A stretch of 64,000 nucleotides of DNA from an uncultured Cytophagales bacterium (GCA_963793215.1 CAWBZE010000005.1:1291746-1355745), one strand, 5' to 3'. Positions 33,056-42,968 are shown, counted from the first letter of the stretch. Program-made: numbers and translations. The notes: generated by a model from the letters alone, not told the origin.

Positions 33056-34006
33056 ATGACTGGTTTTGTCAGAACGGTACTGGGCGATATTGCTCCCGAA
33101 AGCATGGGGCTCACCTACGCGCACGAGCATATCATTATTGAGGCGAGCTTTCCCACCGTCCAAAATCCCGAATTTTTACTAAACGACGTCGACAAAGTAA
33201 GCCAGGAGCTCGAAGCCGTCTACCGGGGCGGCGGCCGCACAATGGTAGACACCATGCCCGCCAACTGCGGCCGCAACGTACTAAAATTGGCCGAGGTGTC
33301 GCGGCGAAGCGGGATTCATATCATCGTTCCCACTGGAATTCACCTTGAGCAGTACTACCCACCCCACCACTGGCGCTATCAATACAACGAAGACCAACTC
33401 ACCCGCCTGTTTATCGCTGATGTAGAAGAAGGGATTGATCAATACGATTACGCGGGTCCGATCATCGAGCGGACGCCCCACCGGGCGGGCATGATTAAGT
33501 TGGCTACCGGCGATGAAAAGTTTACTCCGCACCAAGAGATGATCTTTCGGGCGGTGGTGAACGCCCACCGGGAAACCGGGGTACCCATTCTTACCCACAC
33601 TAATTACGGACGCTGGGCGCTGGAACAGGCTTTGCTGTTCGACAAACTGGGGGCGGACCTTGGTCACGTGGTTCTCTCTCACGTCGACCGGTACGTAGAC
33701 GTGGATTACCACCGCGAGGTGCTGCAAACCGGCGTGCGGGTAGAGTATGATAGTGCCTTTCGCTGGAAGGAGGGGCAAGAAAACGGCACTTATCACTTAT
33801 TGAAAGCGTTGCTACCCCAGTACGCAGCGCAAATAACCATAGGAATGGACGCCGCCAAATACACCTATTGGCGCTCGTACGGTGGAACGCCAGGATTGGA
33901 TTTCCTACTCACTACCTTTAGGCAGGACCTTGAAACAATGGAGCTAAGCGCTTACTATAGCGAAATTATGTACGACACTCCCCAGAAGTTGTACACCTTC
34001 TTATAA
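33056..34006 (+). CDS. Phosphotriesterase-family (PTE/Php-like) amidohydrolase-fold protein
   Basis: The metal-binding HxH is in GLTYAHEHIII. The 316-aa length and the TIM-barrel pattern (...IVPTGIH..., ...ILTHT..., ...SHVD...) are typical of the family. Confidence 0.75.
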   Translation: MTGFVRTVLGDIAPESMGLTYAHEHIIIEASFPTVQNPEFLLNDVDKVSQELEAVYRGGGRTMVDTMPANCGRNVLKLAEVSRRSGIHIIVPTGIHLEQYYPPHHWRYQYNEDQLTRLFIADVEEGIDQYDYAGPIIERTPHRAGMIKLATGDEKFTPHQEMIFRAVVNAHRETGVPILTHTNYGRWALEQALLFDKLGADLGHVVLSHVDRYVDVDYHREVLQTGVRVEYDSAFRWKEGQENGTYHLLKALLPQYAAQITIGMDAAKYTYWRSYGGTPGLDFLLTTFRQDLETMELSAYYSEIMYDTPQKLYTFL

Positions 34007-34188
34007 GCAAAGTAGATTGCATCTAGAACTTCATAAAATCACTCCGATAGTTCTTTTATTTGTATTTTATCTAAAAAATTCTTGTTAAGATGTCATTTTT
34101 TCTCCTAGGTTCAGTTCCTTCCGTGAAACGTTTCAGAGGACTGTATTAAATTATGCTCAAAATAGTACTTCATCCACGCAGCAGGTAG

Positions 34189-34196
34189 TACCTTTG
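34189..34196 (+). promoter_or_regulatory. TAnnTTTG -7 box upstream of the DUF4271 gene
   Basis: TACCTTTG lies 46 nt upstream of ATG 34242 in an AT-rich 235-nt spacer. Confidence 0.4.
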
Positions 34197-34241
34197 CGGT
34201 ATAATTCGTGCACTAGGTACGGTAGCTATTACCAATCATCT

Positions 34242-35366
34242 ATGGGCAAATTGTTTGTCATCGCACTCTTACTGGCGCTGGGTTCTCCATCGATGGCTCA
34301 GTCCGACGACCAATCGTATCATTTGGTTGAGGACCTTCGCCCTGAATGGCTCACCATTGACCAGCACAATCAATACGTGCCGTTTGTCGCGCGCGACCGC
34401 GCCAATCCTTCTATTATCGGCGTTCGTCTGGATCTGAAAAAGTACGCGGGCAATCAGTTACGTTGCTGCCTGCCAGCCTACACTTCGTTGTTGATTGAAA
34501 AAGAAATCCTCACCAGTGTTGAGCGTTCTCGCTGCCTTATCTATTCAATTGATAGCCTCCGTAGCGTCTATCAGCAATCAACGTTGCTGCTAACGGTCTA
34601 TCAACCCGCCAGTCAACTCGCTCAAGTTGATCTACAGGTCGTAAACAACACAAGCGCTCCACTGGCACAACCCCACCCTATTCTGCCCCGGCTATTGTCA
34701 GCTAAAGAAAATTTCTTCGTCCTGGGTCTGGTGTTTATACTAATGTTATACGCCACCTTGATCAATTACTATCCAAAGACTTTTCGGAACATTTTCAACC
34801 TTCCGAGGATACTAGCGCTACGCTCTCGAGAAGAAGACCTGCGGGTACGACTGATCAGCGAGCCGCATACACTTTTTTTAATTCAGCACTGCTTGGTAGT
34901 TGCTTTTCTCTTCATCGTGCTGGTTCCTGACGTAGATCAATGGTTATCTTCCAACTGGTTCACTTTATCCGGCGTAGGAAGCTACCTGTGGCTATGGTTG
35001 TTGTTGAGCCTGATAGTATTGATTACCATTTGGGCCAAGTATCTTATTGTAGTCCTGTTCGGCTCACTCTTCAAACTAAAGCAGCTTACGTATTTGCACA
35101 TGTTTGATTTCATGCGCCTATCAATGATGTTCTGGGGGATCGTATTTCTACTCGCAACTTGCACTCATTATAACTTCACCGTCGACGAGCAGACTTACGT
35201 GCGTGTGCTGACGTACCTGTTCATGGCATTCGCGCTAGCCCGGATATTGATTCTTTATCTGCGCCTCTTCAGAAATAGCACTCTCAAAAATATGTATTTA
35301 TTTTCCTACATTTGCACCGCCGAAATAATACCCTTGTCAGTAGGACTAGAGTTATTAATCGGTTAA
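34242..35366 (+). CDS. DUF4271 domain-containing membrane protein
   Basis: It has a signal peptide (MGKLFVIALLLALGSPSMAQ) and a C-terminal multi-TM half. The position directly upstream of hemD matches the usual Bacteroidota synteny as I remember it. Confidence 0.6.
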   Translation: MGKLFVIALLLALGSPSMAQSDDQSYHLVEDLRPEWLTIDQHNQYVPFVARDRANPSIIGVRLDLKKYAGNQLRCCLPAYTSLLIEKEILTSVERSRCLIYSIDSLRSVYQQSTLLLTVYQPASQLAQVDLQVVNNTSAPLAQPHPILPRLLSAKENFFVLGLVFILMLYATLINYYPKTFRNIFNLPRILALRSREEDLRVRLISEPHTLFLIQHCLVVAFLFIVLVPDVDQWLSSNWFTLSGVGSYLWLWLLLSLIVLITIWAKYLIVVLFGSLFKLKQLTYLHMFDFMRLSMMFWGIVFLLATCTHYNFTVDEQTYVRVLTYLFMAFALARILILYLRLFRNSTLKNMYLFSYICTAEIIPLSVGLELLIG

Positions 35367-35512
35367 TAGTTTTGCAAGAGAGAATTCCGTCTTTCTTTTT
35401 TACGTTGATGGTTTAGCCCAGAGCGTAATTTACTTCACGCGTGACGCAGAAACCAGAATGCCCGTCTTTTGTGAAGATAAATATCCATTAATTGTTAACA
35501 TTAGGTTTACGT

Positions 35513-36301
35513 ATGAATAGTAGTGCCGTGAATATTCCACCAGAACGACTATTAAGAGTAAAGAGCATCCTTGTCTCTCAACCAGCGCCTCAGAACGGCC
35601 AATCACCCTACTTTGATCTCGCTAAGAAGCACAATCTTCAGGTGGATTTCAGGCCATTTATCGAGGTGAAACCCGTAGGTCTGAAAGAGTTTAGGAAACA
35701 GAAAGTTGACATCCTTCAGCATACGGCGATCATCTTCACCAGCCGCAATGCGGTGGATCATTTCTTTGGCATCTGCAACGAGATGAATATTGAGATGCCT
35801 GCGGATATGAAGTACTTCTGTATCTCTGAGCAAACGGCCAACTACCTCCAGAAGTACATTATCATTCGCAAGCGCAAGATCTTCACGGGCTTCCGAACCG
35901 CACAAGACCTGCTCGAGATTCTCAAAAAGCACAAGGACGAAACCTATCTCTTCCCCTGCTCCAGCATCCGCAAAAACGATATACCCGATTTCTTAGAGAA
36001 TAACCAGTATCGGCATACAGAAGCAGTGATGTATGAAACCGTCGCCGCCGACCTATCCGATTTGGCCGATGTCAACTACGACGTTATCGCTTTTTTCAGT
36101 CCCTCGGGTATCAATTCGCTGTTCGTAAATTTTCCTGATTTCGAGCAAAACAATACCCGTATTGCTGCTTTTGGCCCCACCACCGCCCAAGCAGTGCTTG
36201 AAGCCGGATTGATCCTAGACATTGAAGCACCGCTTCCCAATGCTCCTTCCATGACGGGCGCCATTGAAATATACATGAAGGAAGCGAACAAAAAGCGGTA
36301 G
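35513..36301 (+). CDS. hemD: Uroporphyrinogen-III synthase
   Basis: The 262 aa form a HEM4-type two-lobe pattern (ILVSQP...IFTSRNAVDHFF...IAFFSPSGINSL...IAAFGPTTA). Confidence 0.8.
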   Translation: MNSSAVNIPPERLLRVKSILVSQPAPQNGQSPYFDLAKKHNLQVDFRPFIEVKPVGLKEFRKQKVDILQHTAIIFTSRNAVDHFFGICNEMNIEMPADMKYFCISEQTANYLQKYIIIRKRKIFTGFRTAQDLLEILKKHKDETYLFPCSSIRKNDIPDFLENNQYRHTEAVMYETVAADLSDLADVNYDVIAFFSPSGINSLFVNFPDFEQNNTRIAAFGPTTAQAVLEAGLILDIEAPLPNAPSMTGAIEIYMKEANKKR

Positions 36302-36393
36302 CCTTCTGATTTTGCCCAGATACAATTAGAATGATAAGTATACGTTGTATGGAAAGGGCTGAAATCAGAAAAAAAATGTCATTCGCAAAACTA

Positions 36394-36401
36394 TACCTTT
36401 G
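36394..36401 (+). promoter_or_regulatory. TAnnTTTG -7 box upstream of porP/sprF
   Basis: TACCTTTG lies 22 nt upstream of ATG 36423. Confidence 0.4.
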
Positions 36402-36422
36402 GTCGCGTTAGTGCCTCGCTCT

Positions 36423-37382
36423 ATGAAAGTAAAACTACTGTCTATTCTCTCTGGATTTATGCTGTTGGGCAGTTTAGGTGCGCATGCCCAACAAAGCGCG
36501 CAGTTCAGCCAGTATATGTTTAACACCTTATTCTACAACCCGGCCTACGCTGGGGTAGAAGGAGTAACAACTTTCACCGCTTTTCATCGCACCCAGTGGG
36601 CGGGCTACCAACCCACCAACGGCGACTTAGCGGGCGGCATCAGCACCCAGGTGATCAGTCTCAATACCCCAATTTTGGGTTTGAGAAGTGGCTTTGGAGT
36701 GCACGTGGTTAATGACCGTATTGGCCCACTCACCAACCAAGAAGCACAGCTTTCTTTTGCGTATCATTTGGGAGTAGGCAATGGCAAATTAAGCTTAGGT
36801 ATCCGTGCCGGAGCGTTTTCCCAGACCATCGATTTTGATGAATACCTATGGGTCGACCAGCTTGACCCGCTTCGGCAAGCCGGAAAAGACTCCCAAATGC
36901 GCCCCGATTTTTCCGCTGGCATCTTCTATCGGGCCCGACAGTACTACGGAGGCATTAGTTTTCAACATTTATTAGATACTCAGTTCAGTTTTGGAATTGA
37001 TACCCTTAATAATCCGTTGGAGAAACTGATGGTAGTCACTGGCGGATTTGATTACGAACCCACTTACAAAGTGCGTCTCACTCCATCATTTTTGGTGCAA
37101 TCCGACTTAAATACTTTTTCGTTCGATGTCGGAATACTTGCTACTTATGACGATACCATGTGGGCCGGACTGTCATATCGACAACAAGAAGCCTTGGTTG
37201 GAATGGTCGGGTACAGCTTCTTCAAGGAAAAATCGCTTAAGTTAGGGTATGCCTTTGATTATACGATCATCGCCCAGGAAGCAAAAGCTACGGCATCTCA
37301 CGAGATAATGTTACGGTATAGCCTGCCTTTTGCTTCGCAAAGTAATAAGAAGATCGTTCGGACGCCTCGTTTCAGACAATAA
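36423..37382 (+). CDS. Type IX secretion system membrane protein PorP/SprF
   Basis: Signal peptide followed by QQSAQFSQYMFNTLFYNPAYAG, the family signature N-terminus. It lies directly upstream of gldK. Confidence 0.9.
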   Translation: MKVKLLSILSGFMLLGSLGAHAQQSAQFSQYMFNTLFYNPAYAGVEGVTTFTAFHRTQWAGYQPTNGDLAGGISTQVISLNTPILGLRSGFGVHVVNDRIGPLTNQEAQLSFAYHLGVGNGKLSLGIRAGAFSQTIDFDEYLWVDQLDPLRQAGKDSQMRPDFSAGIFYRARQYYGGISFQHLLDTQFSFGIDTLNNPLEKLMVVTGGFDYEPTYKVRLTPSFLVQSDLNTFSFDVGILATYDDTMWAGLSYRQQEALVGMVGYSFFKEKSLKLGYAFDYTIIAQEAKATASHEIMLRYSLPFASQSNKKIVRTPRFRQ

Positions 37383-37530
37383 GCCCTATTTAAAGTAAAA
37401 TTATAACATTTATTAAATAAATTATAAAATGTTACAACGCAGTGAATTGCCAGAAAACGAGTAGTTCATTTGCTAGACTATCGCAATATTTGTGTTCGTG
37501 TTTACGTGTATGTATAAAACAATGTGTGTT

Positions 37531-38580
37531 ATGTGTAAAATTTTTCGCTACAGTAGTGCCGTCCTTTCGATGGCCGTACTGTTCGCTCTGCAAGGATGCG
37601 GCCTGTTTGGCGGCAAGGGCGATGATTTCGGTCAACTCGTAGGAGTTTCTGGAAGAGAGTACGACGGGATGCCTACTCCCTACGGCATGGTAAGAATCCC
37701 TGCCGGAACGTTCCACATGGGGCAAGCCGACGAGGATCCCGTGGCTACGCAGGTGAGCTTTAACAAGCAAATCACCATCGGGGCGTTCTTTATGGACGAT
37801 ACCGAGATCACCAACAATGAGTACCGACAATTTATCTACGAACTGCAAGAAGGCGAGGGTGAATACGACTTTCTCGTAGGCAAAGGCGCCAACTTCGTCA
37901 TGGATGAATTGTATCCCGACACCGCCGTGTGGCAGCGTAATTACACGCACCACATGGGCGATCCTCTGGTAACCTATTACTACTCTCACCCCGCTTTTGA
38001 TAATTATCCGGTGGTGGGTATAAACTGGGAAGCCGCTCAGGTATTCTGTCAGTGGCGCACCTCTTACCTCAATAGCTACCGCGAAAGCAACGGCATGTTC
38101 ATTATGCCTAATTTTCGACTACCCTCGGAGGCCGAGTGGGAATATGCCGCTCGCGGTGGACGCAAAATTGCTAAATACCCCTGGGGTGGCCCCTACATCC
38201 GTAACTCAAAGGGATGTATGCTGGCGAACTTCAAACCCGGTCGCGGCAACTACTTCGACGATGGCTTTGCCTACACCGCCCCCGTCAACTCTTATTTTGC
38301 CAACGACTTCGGTCTCTATGATATGTCGGGCAACGTGGGCGAATGGTGCGAAGACGCCTGGAATCCCGCCGCTACCGCCATTGTGTGGGACTTGAACCCA
38401 ACTTACAACGACCCCAACGAACCCCAAAAAGTGGTCCGTGGCGGCTCTTGGAAGGATATTTCTTACTTCTTACAAACCGGAACCCGAGGCTACGAGCACA
38501 AAGACTCTACCACGGCCTACACCGGATTCCGATGTGCTATGACCTACATCGGTCGCTCTGGCGGAAACGAACTCAATTAA
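37531..38580 (+). CDS. gldK: Gliding motility / T9SS lipoprotein GldK (PorK)
   Basis: It has the lipobox LFALQGC and an FGE-sulfatase fold (EAEWEYAARGG...RGGSWKD...GFRC). The start is uncertain within 37492-37531. Confidence 0.9.
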   Translation: MCKIFRYSSAVLSMAVLFALQGCGLFGGKGDDFGQLVGVSGREYDGMPTPYGMVRIPAGTFHMGQADEDPVATQVSFNKQITIGAFFMDDTEITNNEYRQFIYELQEGEGEYDFLVGKGANFVMDELYPDTAVWQRNYTHHMGDPLVTYYYSHPAFDNYPVVGINWEAAQVFCQWRTSYLNSYRESNGMFIMPNFRLPSEAEWEYAARGGRKIAKYPWGGPYIRNSKGCMLANFKPGRGNYFDDGFAYTAPVNSYFANDFGLYDMSGNVGEWCEDAWNPAATAIVWDLNPTYNDPNEPQKVVRGGSWKDISYFLQTGTRGYEHKDSTTAYTGFRCAMTYIGRSGGNELN

Positions 38581-38626
38581 ATCAAACAAATAAATCAAAC
38601 TCTAAATCAATTAAATCTCGACAAAC

Positions 38627-39418
38627 ATGAGCAAGAAAAAAGGTGGATTCACAGATCTTCTTTACGGATCAATTATGCCCAAAATCTACGGAATTGGGGC
38701 AGCAATCGTAATCGTTGGTGCAATGTTTAAAATCCTGCACTTAGAAGGCGGCGGACTGATGCTCGGTATCGGTTTGACCACAGAAGCAATTATCTTCTTC
38801 CTAAGTGCCTTTGAGCCGCGTCATCAGGAACCCGACTGGTCACTAGTTTACCCTGAATTAGCGGGTGGAGCGCAGGTTAGCCGCAAGGCGATCAGCAACG
38901 GTTCTACTTCTCAGAAGCTTGATGCGATGCTGGAAAGCGGTAAGGTAGGACCCGAACTGATCGATAGCCTTGGGCGCGGCATGAAAAACCTGTCTGAATC
39001 GGTAGGGAAAATGAGCGATCTAAGTAACGCCGCGGTAGCGACTAATGAGTACGCCACCAACGTGCAGCAGGCTTCTAAATCTATGGTAGACATGAATAAG
39101 TCGTATGCTACTACGGTATCTGCCATGAACGAAATGGCTGGTGCCAGTAAGGATGCTAAAGAGTATCATACGCAGGTACAAACTGTGACCAAGAACTTGG
39201 CTTCTCTGAACGCGGTATACGAAATGGAACTTCACGATGCCAACAGCCACTTGAAGTCTATGAACAAGTTCTATACGAACCTGAGCGGTGCTATGGAAAA
39301 CGTGGCCCAGGCAAGCAAAGATGCCGAGCAGTTCAAGAACAACTTCTCGTCGCTCAACGGCAACATCGCTTCGCTAAACAAGGTGTACGGCAATATGCTG
39401 ACCGCCATGCGTGCGTAA
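38627..39418 (+). CDS. gldL: Gliding motility / T9SS protein GldL (PorL)
   Basis: YGIGAAIVIVGAMFKILHLEGG...GLTTEAIIFFLSAFEP...DWSLVYPEL and a C-terminal ASLNKVYGNML. Confidence 0.92.
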   Translation: MSKKKGGFTDLLYGSIMPKIYGIGAAIVIVGAMFKILHLEGGGLMLGIGLTTEAIIFFLSAFEPRHQEPDWSLVYPELAGGAQVSRKAISNGSTSQKLDAMLESGKVGPELIDSLGRGMKNLSESVGKMSDLSNAAVATNEYATNVQQASKSMVDMNKSYATTVSAMNEMAGASKDAKEYHTQVQTVTKNLASLNAVYEMELHDANSHLKSMNKFYTNLSGAMENVAQASKDAEQFKNNFSSLNGNIASLNKVYGNMLTAMRA

Positions 39419-39455
39419 TCTTAAATTGATCGTAAACCACATAAGACAATAAATT

Positions 39456-41042
39456 ATGGCTGGAGGAAAAGAAACTCCCAGGCAGAAGATGATCGGGATG
39501 ATGTACCTGGTACTCACCGCACTTCTCGCCTTGCAAGTAAGCAACACGATTCTGGAGAAGTTTATCTTCATTGATCAGAGTCTGGAACAGTCGGCTGTCA
39601 ACACCAAGGTGAAGAACAGCGGCACCGTAGAGCGCATCCAGGCGGCCGTAGAGGACGCCGGTAACCGAGCTGAGGATGTAGCAGTACTCAAAGAAGCCCA
39701 GCAGGTTCGCGCTAAGACCACCGAAGTCCTGACCATGTTGGACAAGCTGAAGGAAGAGTTTGTGGTACTAACTGGTGGAATTGATGAAGACGGAAACTAC
39801 AAAGGTGGAAAAGAAGAAGCGAAGATCGCTGAACTAATGATTCGCGGCGGTCGTGGCGAGGAGTTGAAGGGACAACTAAACGGTTATACCTCTTTCCTTT
39901 CTTCAACGATTAAGAAGGATGTAGCTCCTATCGCGCTAGACGCTTCTGAAAACCCGGTGTTCATGGATGATCCCGAGCAGAAGGCCAAGAGCTTTTCGGA
40001 GATCACCTTTGAGAGCACGCCGATGGTAGCCGGTCGCGCTTCACTGACGCAATTCAAAACTGAGGTGCTAAACCGTGAAGCTGAGGCGCTAGACGCTTTG
40101 GCCCGCAAGGTAGGTGCTGCCGATATGAAGTTTGACAATATCGTAGCAATGGTTCGCCCGGAGTCTAACATCGTAGCTGCCGGCACCAAGTATAAGGCAG
40201 ACTTGTTCATCGCCGCCTCTTCTAGTATGGTGAATCCGGTGATGACCATCAATGGCAAAGCAATCCCTGTTGAGGGTGGTATGGGTAAGATTGAATTTCC
40301 GGCTTCGGCAACGAAGTACGACAAGGACAACCGCTCTGAGCAGAAGTTTAAAGCGTCAATCACCGTTGAGCAAGGCGGCAAGTCAGAAACCTACGAGAAC
40401 ACGGTCTCTTACTTCGTAACCAAGCCGGTGATTCAGGTGCAATCTCAGTCGGTGCAAGCGTTGTACTTGAACTGCGGTAACGAATTGCAGATCAACGTGC
40501 CTGCTTTAGGAACGATGTACAATCCGTCCTTCTCAGCCAATGGCGCTACCGCGATCAAGGGCAAGAAGACAGGAGAGGTAACCATTATTCCTCAGGCGAA
40601 AACGGTTTCACTCACGGTGAGCAGCGGTGGTAATCGCATCGGCACCGAGAAATTCTCGGTGAAGCGAATCCCTACTCCCACTATTGAAGTGTTCGGTCCG
40701 GGGAACAAGCCGATCAACCTGCGACAGGGTGAGGCAATTAACCGACTGCGCGCTATCACGGTAAAAGCAGTACCGGACGAAAGTTTCGCGACCTTCTTGC
40801 CGAAGGATGCTCGTTACAAAGTAACGGATGCTGAGGTGTTATTAGCCCGAGGAAGCCGTCCGCTAGGAAAAGCCAATCTGAGCAATCAGTCAGCGAATTT
40901 AAGTTCGCTGATGTCTCAAGCAAAGCCTGGCGACCGACTGGTAATCGATATCAAAAAAGTGCAGCGCATGAACTTTCAAGGGAAAACCGAGAACGTATCT
41001 ATCGGATCTAGCTCCTCGGTAGTTACCGTTCCGTTGAACTAG
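39456..41042 (+). CDS. gldM: Gliding motility / T9SS protein GldM (PorM)
   Basis: MAGGKETPRQKMIGMMYLVLTALLALQVS is the canonical GldM N-terminus; the protein is 528 aa. Confidence 0.92.
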   Translation: MAGGKETPRQKMIGMMYLVLTALLALQVSNTILEKFIFIDQSLEQSAVNTKVKNSGTVERIQAAVEDAGNRAEDVAVLKEAQQVRAKTTEVLTMLDKLKEEFVVLTGGIDEDGNYKGGKEEAKIAELMIRGGRGEELKGQLNGYTSFLSSTIKKDVAPIALDASENPVFMDDPEQKAKSFSEITFESTPMVAGRASLTQFKTEVLNREAEALDALARKVGAADMKFDNIVAMVRPESNIVAAGTKYKADLFIAASSSMVNPVMTINGKAIPVEGGMGKIEFPASATKYDKDNRSEQKFKASITVEQGGKSETYENTVSYFVTKPVIQVQSQSVQALYLNCGNELQINVPALGTMYNPSFSANGATAIKGKKTGEVTIIPQAKTVSLTVSSGGNRIGTEKFSVKRIPTPTIEVFGPGNKPINLRQGEAINRLRAITVKAVPDESFATFLPKDARYKVTDAEVLLARGSRPLGKANLSNQSANLSSLMSQAKPGDRLVIDIKKVQRMNFQGKTENVSIGSSSSVVTVPLN

Positions 41043-41106
41043 TAGACAATAGTTACCAGGCCAGGGATGTGTACCTGGCCTGCTTTTTACGATTAAAACA
41101 GGTGTT

Positions 41107-42015
41107 ATGAAGCATGTAAAAAAAATTGTGGGCGCGGCAATGATGATCTTTGCCAGTGGCACTCTGGTGCAGGCGCAGGTAGGCGACGTTGACGGTTTTA
41201 ATCCGAATTCGGTTCGCCCCATTCACGAATCTGACCAACTGTACAAGACCCGGGTGTGGCGCCGAATGGATCTGCGAGAAAAGCAGAACAAACCCTTTTT
41301 CTCCGAAAACCGCCGAATCACGCGGGTGCTTATCGAGTCGGTACTCAACGGCACGTTGTATCCCTACACCAACGACTCGTGCGTGACGCGTATGTCGAAG
41401 GAAAAGTTTGTCGAGAACATGAGTATTCCGATGGATGCCCCCATGCTGACCGAGGAAGAGAAGGCCATGGGCTTTGGTGAAGAAACTGCCGCCGACGATG
41501 GTTGGGGCGGCGGCTGGGGCGACGAACCCGCTAGCGCCGGACAAGGCGCCGAAGGCACGGCAGTGGCGGATGCCGCTCCGGCACAAGAAAGCTACCTGTT
41601 CACGCCGCGCGACGTGAGTGTTCTTGAGATTATGGAAGATATCATCTTTGACAAAGAGCGCGGTCGTCAGTACTACGACGTACAGTCGGTTACCATGATC
41701 TTGCCTCCGGAAAACTTTCCGAATACGGGCTTGCTGAAGGAAGTAGCTTCTTTTCGCTATAAGGATTTGATTCGGATATTCCAGGAAAATCCGGAAATCG
41801 CGGTGTGGGTAAACCCTAAGAACGACGCCATGCACCTTAACTTAGAGCATGCGTTTGACTTACGACTATACAGTGCGCACATCATTAAATATTCTAATCC
41901 CGACGATTCGCGAATCGTGGATATGGTAGAGGGCGACCGTCGTCAAGCACTTTTGAAGTCTTTGAACTATGAGTACAAACTACTAGAAAGAGAACACGAA
42001 GTCTGGGAATACTAA
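41107..42015 (+). CDS. gldN: Gliding motility / T9SS protein GldN (PorN)
   Basis: It has a signal peptide and RPIHESDQLYKTRVWRRMDLREKQNKPFF. It is the last gene of the gldKLMN block. Confidence 0.88.
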   Translation: MKHVKKIVGAAMMIFASGTLVQAQVGDVDGFNPNSVRPIHESDQLYKTRVWRRMDLREKQNKPFFSENRRITRVLIESVLNGTLYPYTNDSCVTRMSKEKFVENMSIPMDAPMLTEEEKAMGFGEETAADDGWGGGWGDEPASAGQGAEGTAVADAAPAQESYLFTPRDVSVLEIMEDIIFDKERGRQYYDVQSVTMILPPENFPNTGLLKEVASFRYKDLIRIFQENPEIAVWVNPKNDAMHLNLEHAFDLRLYSAHIIKYSNPDDSRIVDMVEGDRRQALLKSLNYEYKLLEREHEVWEY

Positions 42016-42040
42016 AAGTATCTCATAACACCATTGTTTG

Positions 42041-42068
42041 AAGCCAGCCGGTTAGGTTGGCTTTTTTT
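42041..42068 (+). terminator. Rho-independent terminator after gldN
   Basis: aagccagcc-ggtta-ggttggctt followed by TTTTT, 26 nt after the stop. Confidence 0.75.
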
Positions 42069-42178
42069 ACTCCTCAAATTGATCATTCATAATAGAGGAA
42101 AGTTGCCTTCGTTATACATTCGTTGGCATTTTTTGTTACCTTACTTTCGCTACCCAACCACAACCACTGCTTGCCCGT

Positions 42179-42907
42179 ATGAAATCTATCATCGAGACCC
42201 AAGCCATTGCTAAGACCTATCAAATGGGTGGAGAAACCGTGCACGCGCTCAAGAGTATCTCAATCCAGGTGCAGCGCGGGGAGTACGTTGCCTTTATGGG
42301 TCCGTCGGGTTCGGGCAAATCAACGCTAATGAATATCATAGGTTGCCTCGATACTCCTACCTCCGGCACCTACCACCTCAACGATAATGATGTAAGCGAT
42401 CTGTCGGAGAATGAATTGGCGACCATTCGTAACAAGGAAATTGGCTTCGTCTTCCAGACCTTTAACTTGCTGCCGCGCTCTACTTCGTTAGACAATGTGG
42501 CGTTGCCCCTCATCTACGCCGGAGTGAACCGCGCGGAACGACAAGGACGGGCCCGGCAGGTTTTGGCCAGCGTGGGTTTGGGCGACCGTGCCGACCACCG
42601 ACCCAACGAACTTTCCGGAGGGCAACGACAGCGCGTCGCCATTGCCCGGGCGTTAATTAACAACCCCAGCATCATTCTGGCTGACGAACCGACGGGAAAT
42701 TTGGATAGCAAAACCTCGTATGACGTCATGGAACTGTTTCAAGACCTGCATGATCAGGGCAATACCATTATTATGGTAACCCACGAAGATGACATTGCCC
42801 ATTACGCGCACCGTATCGTTCGGCTGAAGGATGGCCTCGTAGAAACGGACGAAATCAATACCGAAATTATGCGCCGCCCCGAAAAAATTCTGGACGCTAG
42901 CGCTTAG
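42179..42907 (+). CDS. ABC transporter ATP-binding protein (MacB/LolD-like)
   Basis: Walker [10 protein letters not shown], signature LSGGQRQR and Walker [13 protein letters not shown]. Confidence 0.92.
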   Translation: MKSIIETQAIAKTYQMGGETVHALKSISIQVQRGEYVAFMGPSGSGKSTLMNIIGCLDTPTSGTYHLNDNDVSDLSENELATIRNKEIGFVFQTFNLLPRSTSLDNVALPLIYAGVNRAERQGRARQVLASVGLGDRADHRPNELSGGQRQRVAIARALINNPSIILADEPTGNLDSKTSYDVMELFQDLHDQGNTIIMVTHEDDIAHYAHRIVRLKDGLVETDEINTEIMRRPEKILDASA

Positions 42908-42968
42908 CATGGAAGTTTATTTGCTTCCCCGTTACAATTATCACCTACGCAACCTAATCACCCCGCTC

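Noticed and set aside
38581-38626. An AAATCAA-type triple repeat in the gldK-gldL spacer (aatcaaacaaataaatcaaactctaaatcaattaaatc), considered as a regulatory repeat.
   Set aside because: It is a short A-rich low-complexity intercistronic sequence typical of Bacteroidota translation-initiation regions, and I have no evidence for a specific element.
42085-42110. RNase P-like GAGGAAAG string (aatagaggaaagttgcc) in the gldN-ABC spacer.
   Set aside because: It matches only 8 nt of the GAGGAAAGTCCGGGC consensus, and no surrounding P4 or other conserved regions are present.
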